Source: a virus. From it: a DNA stretch of 64,000 bases. The stretch lies in UHGV virus genome UHGV-0253196; one strand, 5' to 3'. Shown in pieces: positions 1-9,056 of this stretch (position 1 is the first letter of the stretch; the number at the start of each line of letters is the position of its first letter). The notes below the pieces were generated by a model. It saw nothing but the letters and a program-made list of their open reading frames with translations. It ran no database searches and had not been told where the DNA came from. A program made the position numbers and the translations under genes.

Positions 1-530
1 TACAGTATATCAACCTTCCGTTGATTGAGCAGGTGAAAATTAAGCGGCAGAATACACAGTCCGGGATTGAAGCAATAAACCGTTTAATAATTCTTATCAG
101 TGAGATAGAGGGACTTATTGAACACCCTACGTCTGTTACTATCACAACGAAGGAAGAAGACGAAGTGACCGGGGAAATTATAGAGACCACAGAAACAGTC
201 CCGGTGTCAAACAAAGAGTTCTACACAACGGAAGTAAGACTTCCAGACACCTTACCTAAAGATATGCTGTTAGAGTTACAGCAGATTCAGATGGAAATGA
301 AGATGGGACTTGAAGATAGACGCGGTGCTTTAATAAGACTTAAGAGAGAAGACCCGGAAGCTAGGATTAAAGCCATAGACAAAGACAGAGCAGAGCACCC
401 AGATGTGTATGGTATCAATCCGCAGATGGGAGAACAAGACCCCCAGTTGAACAGTGGGTTCACGAATGGACAAACACCTGTAGAGCAGGTAAGAACAGAA
501 ATAACAGGCAGTAACGGTATGTCTAATTAG
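1..530 (+). CDS. head morphogenesis protein, C-terminal fragment (portal or minor head protein); ORF is open to the window edge
   Basis: Frame is open from nt 3 with no stop upstream of the TTG at 21. It lies directly upstream of the scaffold and major capsid genes. Confidence 0.4.
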   Translation, partial: QYINLPLIEQVKIKRQNTQSGIEAINRLIILISEIEGLIEHPTSVTITTKEEDEVTGEIIETTETVPVSNKEFYTTEVRLPDTLPKDMLLELQQIQMEMKMGLEDRRGALIRLKREDPEARIKAIDKDRAEHPDVYGINPQMGEQDPQLNSGFTNGQTPVEQVRTEITGSNGMSN

Positions 531-652
531 TGCGATTGAACACCTTCCAAGTGAGGGTGTTCTTTCTTTTTATAGTCAAACCTCTTTACAACACCGTAAA
601 ATAATGGTATCATAACTGACATACAATAAACCATATGGAGGTAGAAGTAAAA

Positions 653-1453
653 ATGTATAAAGGACTTGTACAGAAAGCAGAAGATACTGTTAAAAGACTG
701 ATTGACAAGTTGGTTGTTGGAATGACCCTGGACGTATTCGCAGAAGGTGAGGAACCCGCGAAGACTGAACCGCCCGCAGACCCGGCCCCTGTTACTGCTC
801 CCGCTCCGTCCGTTGACATTGCCGCTCTCATAGCGCAGGTAAGGACAGAGGAAAAGAACAAGTTATATCCTCAGATTACAAAACTCAAAGAGGAAGTAGC
901 AAAGTATAAAGGTCTTTACGAGACAGTGACCGCCGGGAAGGTTGAGTTAGGGAAAGAGGTCAAAGCACTCAAAGAAAAGCTAGAAGGTGTTGAAGACCCG
1001 GAGTTAATCCAGACCTTGAACGCCAAGATTGCGGAACTTGAAGGTAAACTTGCAGAGAAACCGGACGAAACTGCTATTCGTGCAGAGATTCGCGCTGAAC
1101 TGGAAAAAGAGCAGGAGGTTAAAGACTACATAAAGAAGGTCAAGGACGAGAACAGTAATGTTCTGCTTTCAGTGTTTGCGGACAACATCAAAGGAACTAC
1201 AGTAGAAGAAGTGGACACTGCTTTAGCGGACGCTATTGAGAAGTCCAAGAAGACCCGCAAAGATTTAGGTCTGCCAGAGGAAGGTACTGCTACTAAGAAG
1301 ACCAACACCAAGAAGCAGACCACCGAACAGCCCCCAGTCGCTAACCCGCAGGTTACTACTACGTCCCCGGCAGTAGCATTAAGTGTTCTTAAGAACATGG
1401 ACGTGCGTTCTGACGAGTACAAAGAGTACCGCAAAAAGATGGGATTTAAGTAA
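653..1453 (+). CDS. scaffolding protein
   Basis: GGAGGT RBS 9 nt upstream of ATG 653. Protein is highly charged and coiled-coil (KLKEEVAKYK, ELEGKLAEK) with a Pro/Ala-rich linker. It sits directly upstream of the capsid gene. Confidence 0.55.
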   Translation: MYKGLVQKAEDTVKRLIDKLVVGMTLDVFAEGEEPAKTEPPADPAPVTAPAPSVDIAALIAQVRTEEKNKLYPQITKLKEEVAKYKGLYETVTAGKVELGKEVKALKEKLEGVEDPELIQTLNAKIAELEGKLAEKPDETAIRAEIRAELEKEQEVKDYIKKVKDENSNVLLSVFADNIKGTTVEEVDTALADAIEKSKKTRKDLGLPEEGTATKKTNTKKQTTEQPPVANPQVTTTSPAVALSVLKNMDVRSDEYKEYRKKMGFK

Positions 1454-1483
1454 ACCACAACACCAAGGAGGTAAAGATTTAAC

Positions 1484-2548
1484 ATGAAGAAAAACAAGTT
1501 ATTTAACAGTGTAGCAGACATTCTGACGGGTCTGTTTACTATGGACGTACACGCCGAAGGAATGGTTGCTACAGCAGTGGTAGAAACAGATGACAATTCC
1601 GCCGCTGATAAGCTGGACTACGGCACTCGTGAAGTATGGTCTAAAGAGATTGAGTACAAGGCCATGCCTTTGATGATGTTCTATCAGTTCGCCACGATTA
1701 AGACAGAGTTAGGAGTTGAGCCGGGACTTACCATCAATATGCTGACCTGGGACAACCTTAAGCTGGGTGGTGCTTTAACTGAGTTGACGGACATGAAGAC
1801 CCAGGCGTTAAGCAATTCCTTGAAGCAGATTACCGTACAGGAATACGGCAATGCTGTAAGTGCTTCTGAACTGCTTATCCGTTCTTCTTTCCTGGACGTT
1901 ATGCAGAACACCACTACCCTGTTAGGACGTGACTACGCCCTTGTCCTGGACACCGAGTTAAGAGACTGTGCGTTGACTGGTATGAACCGTGTGTATGCGT
2001 CCAAAGGTGATGGCACCAAAGTGGCCGCAAGAAAAGACCTGGACGAGACCTGTAAGCTGAAAGTTGCCACCATCAAAGACTGTATCGAGATTCTGGCTAC
2101 TAACAATGCACCTATGTACAACGGTACTGACTGGATTTGTTTCGTACACCCACATCAGGCCAGAGATATTCGTGACGACGCCGCATGGATTAACACCTCC
2201 AATTATGGTGCACCTACACTTCCGTTCACTGGGGAAATTGGTCGTATTGACAACACACGTTTCATCCAGACTACTTTAATGTGCAATGGTGCCGCACCTG
2301 AGGACGACCCTGGCTACAAAGCTGAGCTTAAGAAAGGTGCCGGTGATGGTGGCTCTCAGAATAAGACTAATATATATCAGGCAGTTATTTTTGGTGAAGC
2401 TTACTATGGTCTTGCACAGTCTTTACCTGTCGAACTAAGAGATAATGGTGTAGAAGATTTTGGGCGTAAGAGAAGCCTTGCATGGTACTCCATCTTTGGT
2501 GTTGGCAAACTGCATGACAACTACGGTGTTGTAATCGAGACCGCATAA
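1484..2548 (+). CDS. major capsid protein (HK97-fold type)
   Basis: AGGAGG RBS. 354 aa. Position after scaffold and before the head-tail genes. Size and composition are typical of a major capsid protein. Confidence 0.7.
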   Translation: MKKNKLFNSVADILTGLFTMDVHAEGMVATAVVETDDNSAADKLDYGTREVWSKEIEYKAMPLMMFYQFATIKTELGVEPGLTINMLTWDNLKLGGALTELTDMKTQALSNSLKQITVQEYGNAVSASELLIRSSFLDVMQNTTTLLGRDYALVLDTELRDCALTGMNRVYASKGDGTKVAARKDLDETCKLKVATIKDCIEILATNNAPMYNGTDWICFVHPHQARDIRDDAAWINTSNYGAPTLPFTGEIGRIDNTRFIQTTLMCNGAAPEDDPGYKAELKKGAGDGGSQNKTNIYQAVIFGEAYYGLAQSLPVELRDNGVEDFGRKRSLAWYSIFGVGKLHDNYGVVIETA

Positions 2549-2562
2549 GAAGGAGGTACACA

Positions 2563-2793
2563 ATGGCCTATTCGTTAGCAGAAATTAAAAGAGCGTGTTT
2601 ATACGCTGGCACTAAGCCGGACGATTTAGCAAAAATCATCAACACTTTGCAGACCAGCGGAACACCCGGTGTAGGTGTAAAGACCATTACAGGTACGATT
2701 GACGCGAGTAATAAACTTACGTTGACTTTTACACTGACCGATAACACTACACAGACCGTTGAGGGTACTATCACACCTACACCAGCGGCTTAA
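2563..2793 (+). CDS. hypothetical small head protein (possible decoration protein)
   Basis: AAGGAGG RBS. 76 aa, Thr-rich beta-type sequence, directly after the capsid gene. Confidence 0.4.
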   Translation: MAYSLAEIKRACLYAGTKPDDLAKIINTLQTSGTPGVGVKTITGTIDASNKLTLTFTLTDNTTQTVEGTITPTPAA

Positions 2794-2827
2794 AATTTGA
2801 ACGAGAAGCAGAAAGGAAGGACGTATC

Positions 2828-3289
2828 ATGGCAAAGCCACCCAGGAGAAAAGTTCCAGCACCAAATACCAACACCACAGGAGAAGCATACGTTGACGACA
2901 CAGAGTTAGAAGACGGTGCCGACAATGTAGAAGATACCATCACAGAAGGATTTTCCGAAGATACAGCAGAAGACGGGGAAGTAGCCCCCGCCGTAGAAGA
3001 CATCGAAGACGAGACAGAAGCCGAGACTGGCGTTACCTTTAACTACCCCACTATGGAAGAAATGGATGAGGAAGAAGACGAAGACACAGAGACCGAAGCT
3101 GGTGTTCACTTTGTAGGTTCTACACCTAAGAAAGACACCCCGGACGCACTTGTCAAAGTCCGTATTTCCTGTCACAAGCAGTTTGTAGTCGGCGGTGAGA
3201 GGTATGATATGTACCCCGGAAAGACCTACCTTGTTCCCAAGAATGTTAAAGACGTTTTGCGGGAGAATGACCTGTTAAGACCTCTTTAA
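2828..3289 (+). CDS. hypothetical highly acidic head-module protein
   Basis: RBS GAAAGGAAGG. 153 aa with a long Asp/Glu-rich N-terminal half. Confidence 0.45.
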   Translation: MAKPPRRKVPAPNTNTTGEAYVDDTELEDGADNVEDTITEGFSEDTAEDGEVAPAVEDIEDETEAETGVTFNYPTMEEMDEEEDEDTETEAGVHFVGSTPKKDTPDALVKVRISCHKQFVVGGERYDMYPGKTYLVPKNVKDVLRENDLLRPL

Positions 3290-3310
3290 TCAAGTAAGAA
3301 AGGGGAAGTA

Positions 3311-4126
3311 ATGACTGTAAAAGACCTTATTGATTATCTGAGGTTATCAGTCAGTGTTTCTACCCCAGGGGATGTTGTGGAAAGTACGGATTTCTTAAGC
3401 ATGACTGATGAAGACCTAACCCTGTTCTTGCAGATTGCAATGACAAGGGACTTTCCACAGATACCTACTTTGGAACGTTTACCTGCTGAGAGTGTCTACC
3501 CGTTAATGTTGCTTGCTAAAAAGGAGTTGTACTACACCATGGCGTGTAAGTTCGCACCCCAGTTTAGTTTAGTGGCAGACAATAACAACCAGTTAATGAG
3601 AAAAGGTAAATTTGACTCTATTATGAAACTTATTGCGCAAGTTGATAAAGAGTATCAAGATTACCTTGAAGACGGTGGAGGGAGCGGAACAAATGGAACA
3701 CTATCAACTTATAATGTACTGTTACCGAGTAGGTACGACACCAAGTACAATTATGAGCATGGTTCCGTTCCATTCCCTCTTATTTATGTAGACAGGGTGT
3801 ATGAGGACAAAGTAGAAATTAGCTGGACGTGCTCGTTTAGCAAATTCGCTTGTTACCGTGTGTATTTTTCCAGCAAACCCATTGTTGACAAGTACGCCGA
3901 GAGCAAGAATTTAATCACCCCAGGTTCAACACTGATTAAGACCATCAAGGACGTACACCAATGTAAGTGTCGTATAAGTAACCTGTTACCGGGTACTGAA
4001 TACCACATTGCTGTAGCGGGTGTTGAAATGAGCGGGTTAATTGGTGCAGATGAAGTAACAATAAACACACTTCCCACAGTACAGGACGTAGAGCCGTTAG
4101 TTGACTATACGGACGTTAGTATTTAA
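3311..4126 (+). CDS. head-tail connector-like protein with C-terminal FN3/Ig-like domain
   Basis: RBS AAAGGGGAAG. Position between head and tail genes. C-terminal TEYHIAVAGV-type beta-sandwich motif. Confidence 0.35.
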   Translation: MTVKDLIDYLRLSVSVSTPGDVVESTDFLSMTDEDLTLFLQIAMTRDFPQIPTLERLPAESVYPLMLLAKKELYYTMACKFAPQFSLVADNNNQLMRKGKFDSIMKLIAQVDKEYQDYLEDGGGSGTNGTLSTYNVLLPSRYDTKYNYEHGSVPFPLIYVDRVYEDKVEISWTCSFSKFACYRVYFSSKPIVDKYAESKNLITPGSTLIKTIKDVHQCKCRISNLLPGTEYHIAVAGVEMSGLIGADEVTINTLPTVQDVEPLVDYTDVSI

Positions 4127-4138
4127 GGGGGTGTTGTC

Positions 4139-4561
4139 ATGGCACAAGACCTGTCCATACAGAAAGCGTTTCTTGACGGCATGAAAGAGTTGTGGGACAC
4201 AGTATTCACAACTGTAGACCTAGTTCTCCTGGACACAGACAACACCATCATAAATGAAGTGTATAGCGAAGTCGTGGGAGATAAAATATACTTACCACCT
4301 TTAACGTTACCAGCGAAGGTAGATTTATCGTTGCATAAACTGAGTGACGATACAGAAGGTAAAAGTTATAATGCAACGTTTAGATTCCCCACAAAGGTAT
4401 TTTTAGACAATAACATTGACCTATCTGTTAAGGGACTTGATACATTGCGGAAAGCAAAGATTGAGTACCAAGGTGCAGGGTATGAGATTCAAGACATAAA
4501 GCCACAAACAAATATACAAGGTGTGTATCTGTTCTATCAGTTCTTATGCAACGAGGTGTAG
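4139..4561 (+). CDS. head-tail joining protein (hypothetical)
   Basis: RBS AAGGGGGTG. 140 aa, located in the head-tail joining block. Confidence 0.4.
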   Translation: MAQDLSIQKAFLDGMKELWDTVFTTVDLVLLDTDNTIINEVYSEVVGDKIYLPPLTLPAKVDLSLHKLSDDTEGKSYNATFRFPTKVFLDNNIDLSVKGLDTLRKAKIEYQGAGYEIQDIKPQTNIQGVYLFYQFLCNEV

Positions 4562-4563
4562 CC

Positions 4564-5049
4564 ATGGCGAATACAGTGAGTTTCAAAAAGACTGGACAGT
4601 GGCAGAAAGCGGGTGTTGTGTTAAAGCATACTAGCGCAAGACTGAATCCCGCATTTAAAGCCAAGCTGTACGAGAACGGGGACATGATACTTGAACGTAT
4701 CAAAGGACACATAGACGCACAAGACCTACCGTGGACACCATTAAGCCAGCAGACAATACAACGTAAAGGTCATGACACAATTTATGTAGAAACCGGGTTT
4801 TTAAGGGATAACTTAGAAGTCCGAAAAGTAAAGTCTACGACATATGGTGTTACACTGTTTGTAGGTGCAAGCGCGTGGAAAAGAACACCAAAGGGTGTTA
4901 AACTAAGTGACCTAATGATATGGTTAGAGTATGGCACATCACGTATACCGCCCAGACCCTTAATAAGACCCACGTTTGAAGAAGTGGAAGGACTTATTAA
5001 AAATGAGTGGGCCGACCTATTAAAAGACATAGTAGAAGGGAGGGTGTAA
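4564..5049 (+). CDS. head-tail adaptor / minor capsid protein (HK97 gp10-like)
   Basis: GAGGTG RBS before ATG 4564, translationally coupled to the upstream gene. Position and size fit this family. Confidence 0.35.
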   Translation: MANTVSFKKTGQWQKAGVVLKHTSARLNPAFKAKLYENGDMILERIKGHIDAQDLPWTPLSQQTIQRKGHDTIYVETGFLRDNLEVRKVKSTTYGVTLFVGASAWKRTPKGVKLSDLMIWLEYGTSRIPPRPLIRPTFEEVEGLIKNEWADLLKDIVEGRV

Positions 5050-5104
5050 CATCATAGCAGAGTATTTCCCTAATACTGTAGACAGACAAGAAATTGACCG
5101 GGCC

Positions 5105-5653
5105 TTGATTGAATACATCAAGTCCAAAGTCAAAGTGAACGGTAAGATTATAAATGTGTTTGTGCGCAAGTATGACACAGATTTTAAGAAGGTAACTAAA
5201 CCGTGTGCTTCTGTCTATGTCACCGGGTTTACAAAAGACCCAACAAGACAATCACCATTCGGCACTGAAATAGTGTTAGGCAAAGATAAAGTGAATAAGA
5301 CCGTATCAATGCAGAAAAGCGGAACCGCAGTAGAATACACCTACAGCATTGACTTCTGGTCTGATACACAGAGCGAGTTTAACATAATGACAGAGCAGTG
5401 GTTGTTGTCCAGCAGTTTCAGTAAATGGTTTAATCTTCCCGTGAAAGACAGCAAAGGACTTGATACAACGCTTTTGTGTTTAGAGCGCACAGGTGTTGTA
5501 TCACAGACAGAGGTGGAAGAAAATAAAGAAGCAGATAACTACAGGTTGTTCCATAGTTCACAAGTGTACAGTATATACACCTACTATGAAGGTGAAGTAT
5601 ATGACGCACCTATGGTAACAGACGTTTCATTTGACACGGAGGTATTAAAGTGA
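5105..5653 (+). CDS. tail completion / sheath-terminator-like protein (hypothetical)
   Basis: 182 aa ORF upstream of the sheath gene. Only a TTG start and a weak RBS, so the start is uncertain. Confidence 0.3.
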   Translation: MIEYIKSKVKVNGKIINVFVRKYDTDFKKVTKPCASVYVTGFTKDPTRQSPFGTEIVLGKDKVNKTVSMQKSGTAVEYTYSIDFWSDTQSEFNIMTEQWLLSSSFSKWFNLPVKDSKGLDTTLLCLERTGVVSQTEVEENKEADNYRLFHSSQVYSIYTYYEGEVYDAPMVTDVSFDTEVLK

Positions 5654-5865
5654 TTGTAAGAGAGATTAAAGGTTGCTATCACTGTATCACGCTTTCCGAC
5701 AAGACCACGTTAAGGTTATTTCCCCGTAAGACCGTAGAAGTCGCGGACGCTCTTGTATCTAAAGAGATTCACGACCTTGAAGACGCGGGCGAAGTGATGT
5801 TAAGTGCTTCACCGAAGAAAGCACCAGTACAGAATGACGACAACAAAGAAGGAGGTAAGAAATAA
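5650..5865 (+). CDS. hypothetical protein
   Basis: GGAGGT RBS, GTG start overlapping the upstream stop. 71 aa. Confidence 0.35.
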   Translation: MIVREIKGCYHCITLSDKTTLRLFPRKTVEVADALVSKEIHDLEDAGEVMLSASPKKAPVQNDDNKEGGKK

Positions 5866-7364
5866 TGGCAGGAGAGTATTTAACACCGCAGGTCAAAGTT
5901 ATCAACACTAAGACCTCAAAGTCCCCCAACAAGGGTTCCAGTGCAACTACTGGTGTTCTGATTGGTGTTACGCAGAGAGGACCGATTGGTGTTCCAACGA
6001 AAGTGTCGTCCTGGGAAGAATACATTGAGAAGTTTGCTTATGGCATGGAAACACCGTTCCTGGTGGACAGCTACTTAGCATACTCCGTGTATGGCTTTTT
6101 CCAGAACGCCAACGCTGTGTTGAACGCGGGCGAAGTGAGTAAGGGTGCAGACCTTTATATCATGCGTGTAGCGTCCACTACTGCAAAGGCTTCTACATTC
6201 AGTGCAACGTCCGATGAATCACCTTTGGTTATCAATGCCAAAGACAAAGGTAAGTGGGGCAATAAAGTCAAAGTCGTGTTACAGGTGAACAAAGAAGAAT
6301 CTACACTGGTTGACTGTATCGTGTATATCGGTGCTGAGAAGAAAGAGCAGTTTTCCCGGCTGACAAAGACAGCCTCCAGTCCCAAGTTCTATGAGACCTG
6401 GATTAACGATAACAGCCAGTTTATCAATGTAGTTGCTGGCAACTTTACAGCGAACACCTATGACACAGCCTTTGCACTCGCTGGTGGTGCTGATGGCACC
6501 GAAGATTTAACAGACGAGATTTACAAAAGTATGCTTGTGAACCTGGACGAGATTGAAGACGAAAGACCTATCGCAATTCCGGGAGAGACAAGCGAAGGTC
6601 TCACCACAGCTTTGATTGACTATTGTAGTAACCGTAGAAACGGAGACCTGTTCCCTGTACTTGATGGTGCAAAGACAGCAGACGTTGACGCAATCAAGAC
6701 GTACAAGACAGCTATTGCTGGAACGCCCGGTGCTTTGTACTATCCGTGGTTGAAAGTGTCTGACCCGCTGTCCGTGTCTTCCAGTGCTACCATTGATTGT
6801 CCTACCTGCGGTCATGTGATGGGTGTCATTGCAAGAATCGCTAACAGTCGTGGTGTGTGGAAAGCACCTGCCGGGACAGAAGCCGTAGTCGTAGGTGCTG
6901 TAGGTCTTACCCGTAAGTTAAAGATTGGCGAAGACACAGACCAGTTAAGCCATAACGGTATCAACGCTATCCTTGTTAAGCCAGAGTACGGCATTGTTGT
7001 ATGGGGTGCAAGAACAATGGACAGCGAAGATATGGAGTATGTGTCCGACCAGTTGTTTAATATGTACTTAAGAACCACGCTGGACACACAGACACAGTGG
7101 GCCGTGTTTGAGCCGAACAAGGCAATTACCAGAACCAAACTTTCCACCCAGGTTGAAGGTATCATGTATGACCTGTTCAAACAGGGTGCTTTTGCTGGTG
7201 AAGCAGAAGACGGTTCTGATAGTTATTTTGTGCAGTGTGATGATTCCATCAATACCCAGCAGGTCATTGATAACCACAAGATTGTGTGTAAGGTGGGTTA
7301 CGCACTTTCCAAGCCAGCAGAGTTTGTGGTGTTCTACCTGTCCCACAACTTAGAGACACAGTAA
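5865..7364 (+). CDS. tail sheath protein
   Basis: AAGGAGG RBS. 499 aa, immediately upstream of the 157-aa tube gene and the chaperone-TMP block. Classic contractile-tail gene order. Confidence 0.75.
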   Translation: MAGEYLTPQVKVINTKTSKSPNKGSSATTGVLIGVTQRGPIGVPTKVSSWEEYIEKFAYGMETPFLVDSYLAYSVYGFFQNANAVLNAGEVSKGADLYIMRVASTTAKASTFSATSDESPLVINAKDKGKWGNKVKVVLQVNKEESTLVDCIVYIGAEKKEQFSRLTKTASSPKFYETWINDNSQFINVVAGNFTANTYDTAFALAGGADGTEDLTDEIYKSMLVNLDEIEDERPIAIPGETSEGLTTALIDYCSNRRNGDLFPVLDGAKTADVDAIKTYKTAIAGTPGALYYPWLKVSDPLSVSSSATIDCPTCGHVMGVIARIANSRGVWKAPAGTEAVVVGAVGLTRKLKIGEDTDQLSHNGINAILVKPEYGIVVWGARTMDSEDMEYVSDQLFNMYLRTTLDTQTQWAVFEPNKAITRTKLSTQVEGIMYDLFKQGAFAGEAEDGSDSYFVQCDDSINTQQVIDNHKIVCKVGYALSKPAEFVVFYLSHNLETQ

Positions 7365-7381
7365 GAAGGAGGATAAAGCAA

Positions 7382-7855
7382 ATGTTTAAGAGTATCAAAG
7401 ACCTGTTTGTGTTAGACGTACAGGCGGCTAGAACTACGGCAAGTGACCCGTTACAGAAGTTCATGTTCCGTGTCACCATTAACGGTATGCCGTCCTCAAT
7501 CGGATTCCAGAAGGTGTCCGGGCTGTCTAAAGAAATGGGTGTTGTAGAATACCAGGAAGGTGGGTATGACTACGCACACAAGCTGTCTGGAAGACCGAAG
7601 GTAGGGGAAGTCACAATGGAGCGTGGTGCTTTCGCAGACCGTTCCCTTGAAGAACTTTGGAAGAAGACCCTTATGGATTCCTCCGCAAGAAACACTATCA
7701 TCATTGAAATGTTAGACAGACAGGGTAATGTGTCCCGCACTTACAAACTTGCCGAAGCGTGGGTGAGTAAGTGGGAAGGTTCCGACCTTGACGCTACCAG
7801 TAATGATGTGGCAATCGAAAAGATTACCGTCCAGCATGAGTATTTCCTGGACTAA
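7382..7855 (+). CDS. tail tube protein
   Basis: GAAGGAGG RBS. 157 aa, placed between sheath and chaperone genes. Confidence 0.7.
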   Translation: MFKSIKDLFVLDVQAARTTASDPLQKFMFRVTINGMPSSIGFQKVSGLSKEMGVVEYQEGGYDYAHKLSGRPKVGEVTMERGAFADRSLEELWKKTLMDSSARNTIIIEMLDRQGNVSRTYKLAEAWVSKWEGSDLDATSNDVAIEKITVQHEYFLD

Positions 7856-7881
7856 TCTAATATAGCACTCTCCATAACAAG

Positions 7882-7920
7882 TCCCCTAATTAGTTGTTGC
7901 TAGTTAGGGGATTTTGGTTT
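7882..7920 (+). terminator. rho-independent terminator after tube gene
   Basis: Stem TCCCCTAA/TTAGGGGA followed by TTTTGGTTT. Confidence 0.6.
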
Positions 7921-7970
7921 ATAATAGGCTTAAAACAAAATAACAACCTTTCATCAAGGAGGACAAGAAA

Positions 7971-8783
7971 TTGAAGAAATTAGTACCTAAAAAGAAAGTA
8001 GCAGAAAAGACGGTTGAAAAGAGGGTTGATAGTGTTGCACAGAAATCCAACACTGGTAATCTTTCATTTCAAGTAGGTGTTAAAGACGAAGTGACAGGTG
8101 ACACTTATAAATACTATGACATTCGTGGTCTTACGGGTGCTGACGAAGAAGAACTTGCCAAACCAGAGTACAGAAACAACAAAGGTAAGTTCATCAACGT
8201 TATCCTGTCCCGGTGTATCACCCATATCGGCCCATATGACAAAAAGACGTTGGGCTTTAAGAAGTGGTATGAAGTGATACAGTCTTTAGTCATTGCAGAC
8301 CAGGACTTAGCCCTTATGGAAATCCGTAAGAAGCTGACAGGTGATAATATCACTACAGAATCTATGTGTCCTGCGTGTAGCGCACGTCTTAAGACGGAAA
8401 TGTCTATTGACGAGTTCCCCATCAAACCCTATCTGGGTGAGACTGAATGGGAGAATGACCTGCCAGATGGTGTTGAGATTAATGGAGAAATCCGTACTCA
8501 CTACACTATGAGACTTCCTAATGGTCTTGACCGTGAACTGTATATGCCAGTGGCAGATAAGAACGCCGCGAAGGGAACTACACTGTTACTGTCCAGGCTT
8601 GCTACTTTTGAGGGTGTCGTTACTAACGCTGAGACGTTCCGTAACATGGCATTATCAGACAGAAAGTATATGGAAGATGATTTAAACGAGCACAACTTTG
8701 GTTATGAGTTAATAGCTGAGGTTGAGTGTCCAGAGTGCGGTGAATCCTATAAGATTGCGGTGGGAAATGTAAATTTTACTTAA
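7971..8783 (+). CDS. tail assembly chaperone (XkdN/gpG-like) with two CxxC zinc ribbons
   Basis: AAGGAGG RBS and TTG start. Located between tube and tape measure genes. Contains CPACS...CPECG motifs. Ends just after a slippery heptamer. Confidence 0.55.
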   Translation: MKKLVPKKKVAEKTVEKRVDSVAQKSNTGNLSFQVGVKDEVTGDTYKYYDIRGLTGADEEELAKPEYRNNKGKFINVILSRCITHIGPYDKKTLGFKKWYEVIQSLVIADQDLALMEIRKKLTGDNITTESMCPACSARLKTEMSIDEFPIKPYLGETEWENDLPDGVEINGEIRTHYTMRLPNGLDRELYMPVADKNAAKGTTLLLSRLATFEGVVTNAETFRNMALSDRKYMEDDLNEHNFGYELIAEVECPECGESYKIAVGNVNFT

Positions 8784-9037
8784 ACACATTTTTCGCCCAG
8801 GAATTAGAGGGTGTGTGTGACCTAAAAGCGAGAGCATGGGAAATACACACCCTTGCTTATTGTTATCACTGGTCTTTAGCAGAAATAAAAGCACTTTCCG
8901 TTAAAGAAAGAAAAATGTGGTATTTAATGGTGCTTAAACAGAAAAGAGCAGAAGAAGTTGCATTGAAGGGCAAAGACAAAGTGGAACCATCACCACTTGA
9001 TGAAATGCTAGAAGAAGAAAAGGACTTTGTAATATAA
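8753..9037 (+). CDS. -1 frame extension of tail chaperone (gpGT-like frameshift product)
   Basis: The -1 frame is open from 8753 and overlaps the last 10 codons of the upstream ORF. X_XXY_YYZ heptamer A_AAT_TTT at 8771-8777 lies 1 codon before the zero-frame stop. An independent GTG start at 8813 is also possible. Confidence 0.45.
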   Translation, partial: DCGGKCKFYLNTFFAQELEGVCDLKARAWEIHTLAYCYHWSLAEIKALSVKERKMWYLMVLKQKRAEEVALKGKDKVEPSPLDEMLEEEKDFVI

Positions 9038-9056
9038 GAGAAAGGAGGTTAATACT

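Noticed and set aside
21-530. Treating 21-530 as a complete gene starting at TTG 21
   Set aside because: The frame is open to nt 3 with no upstream stop. Almost certainly the 3' end of a gene that begins before the window.
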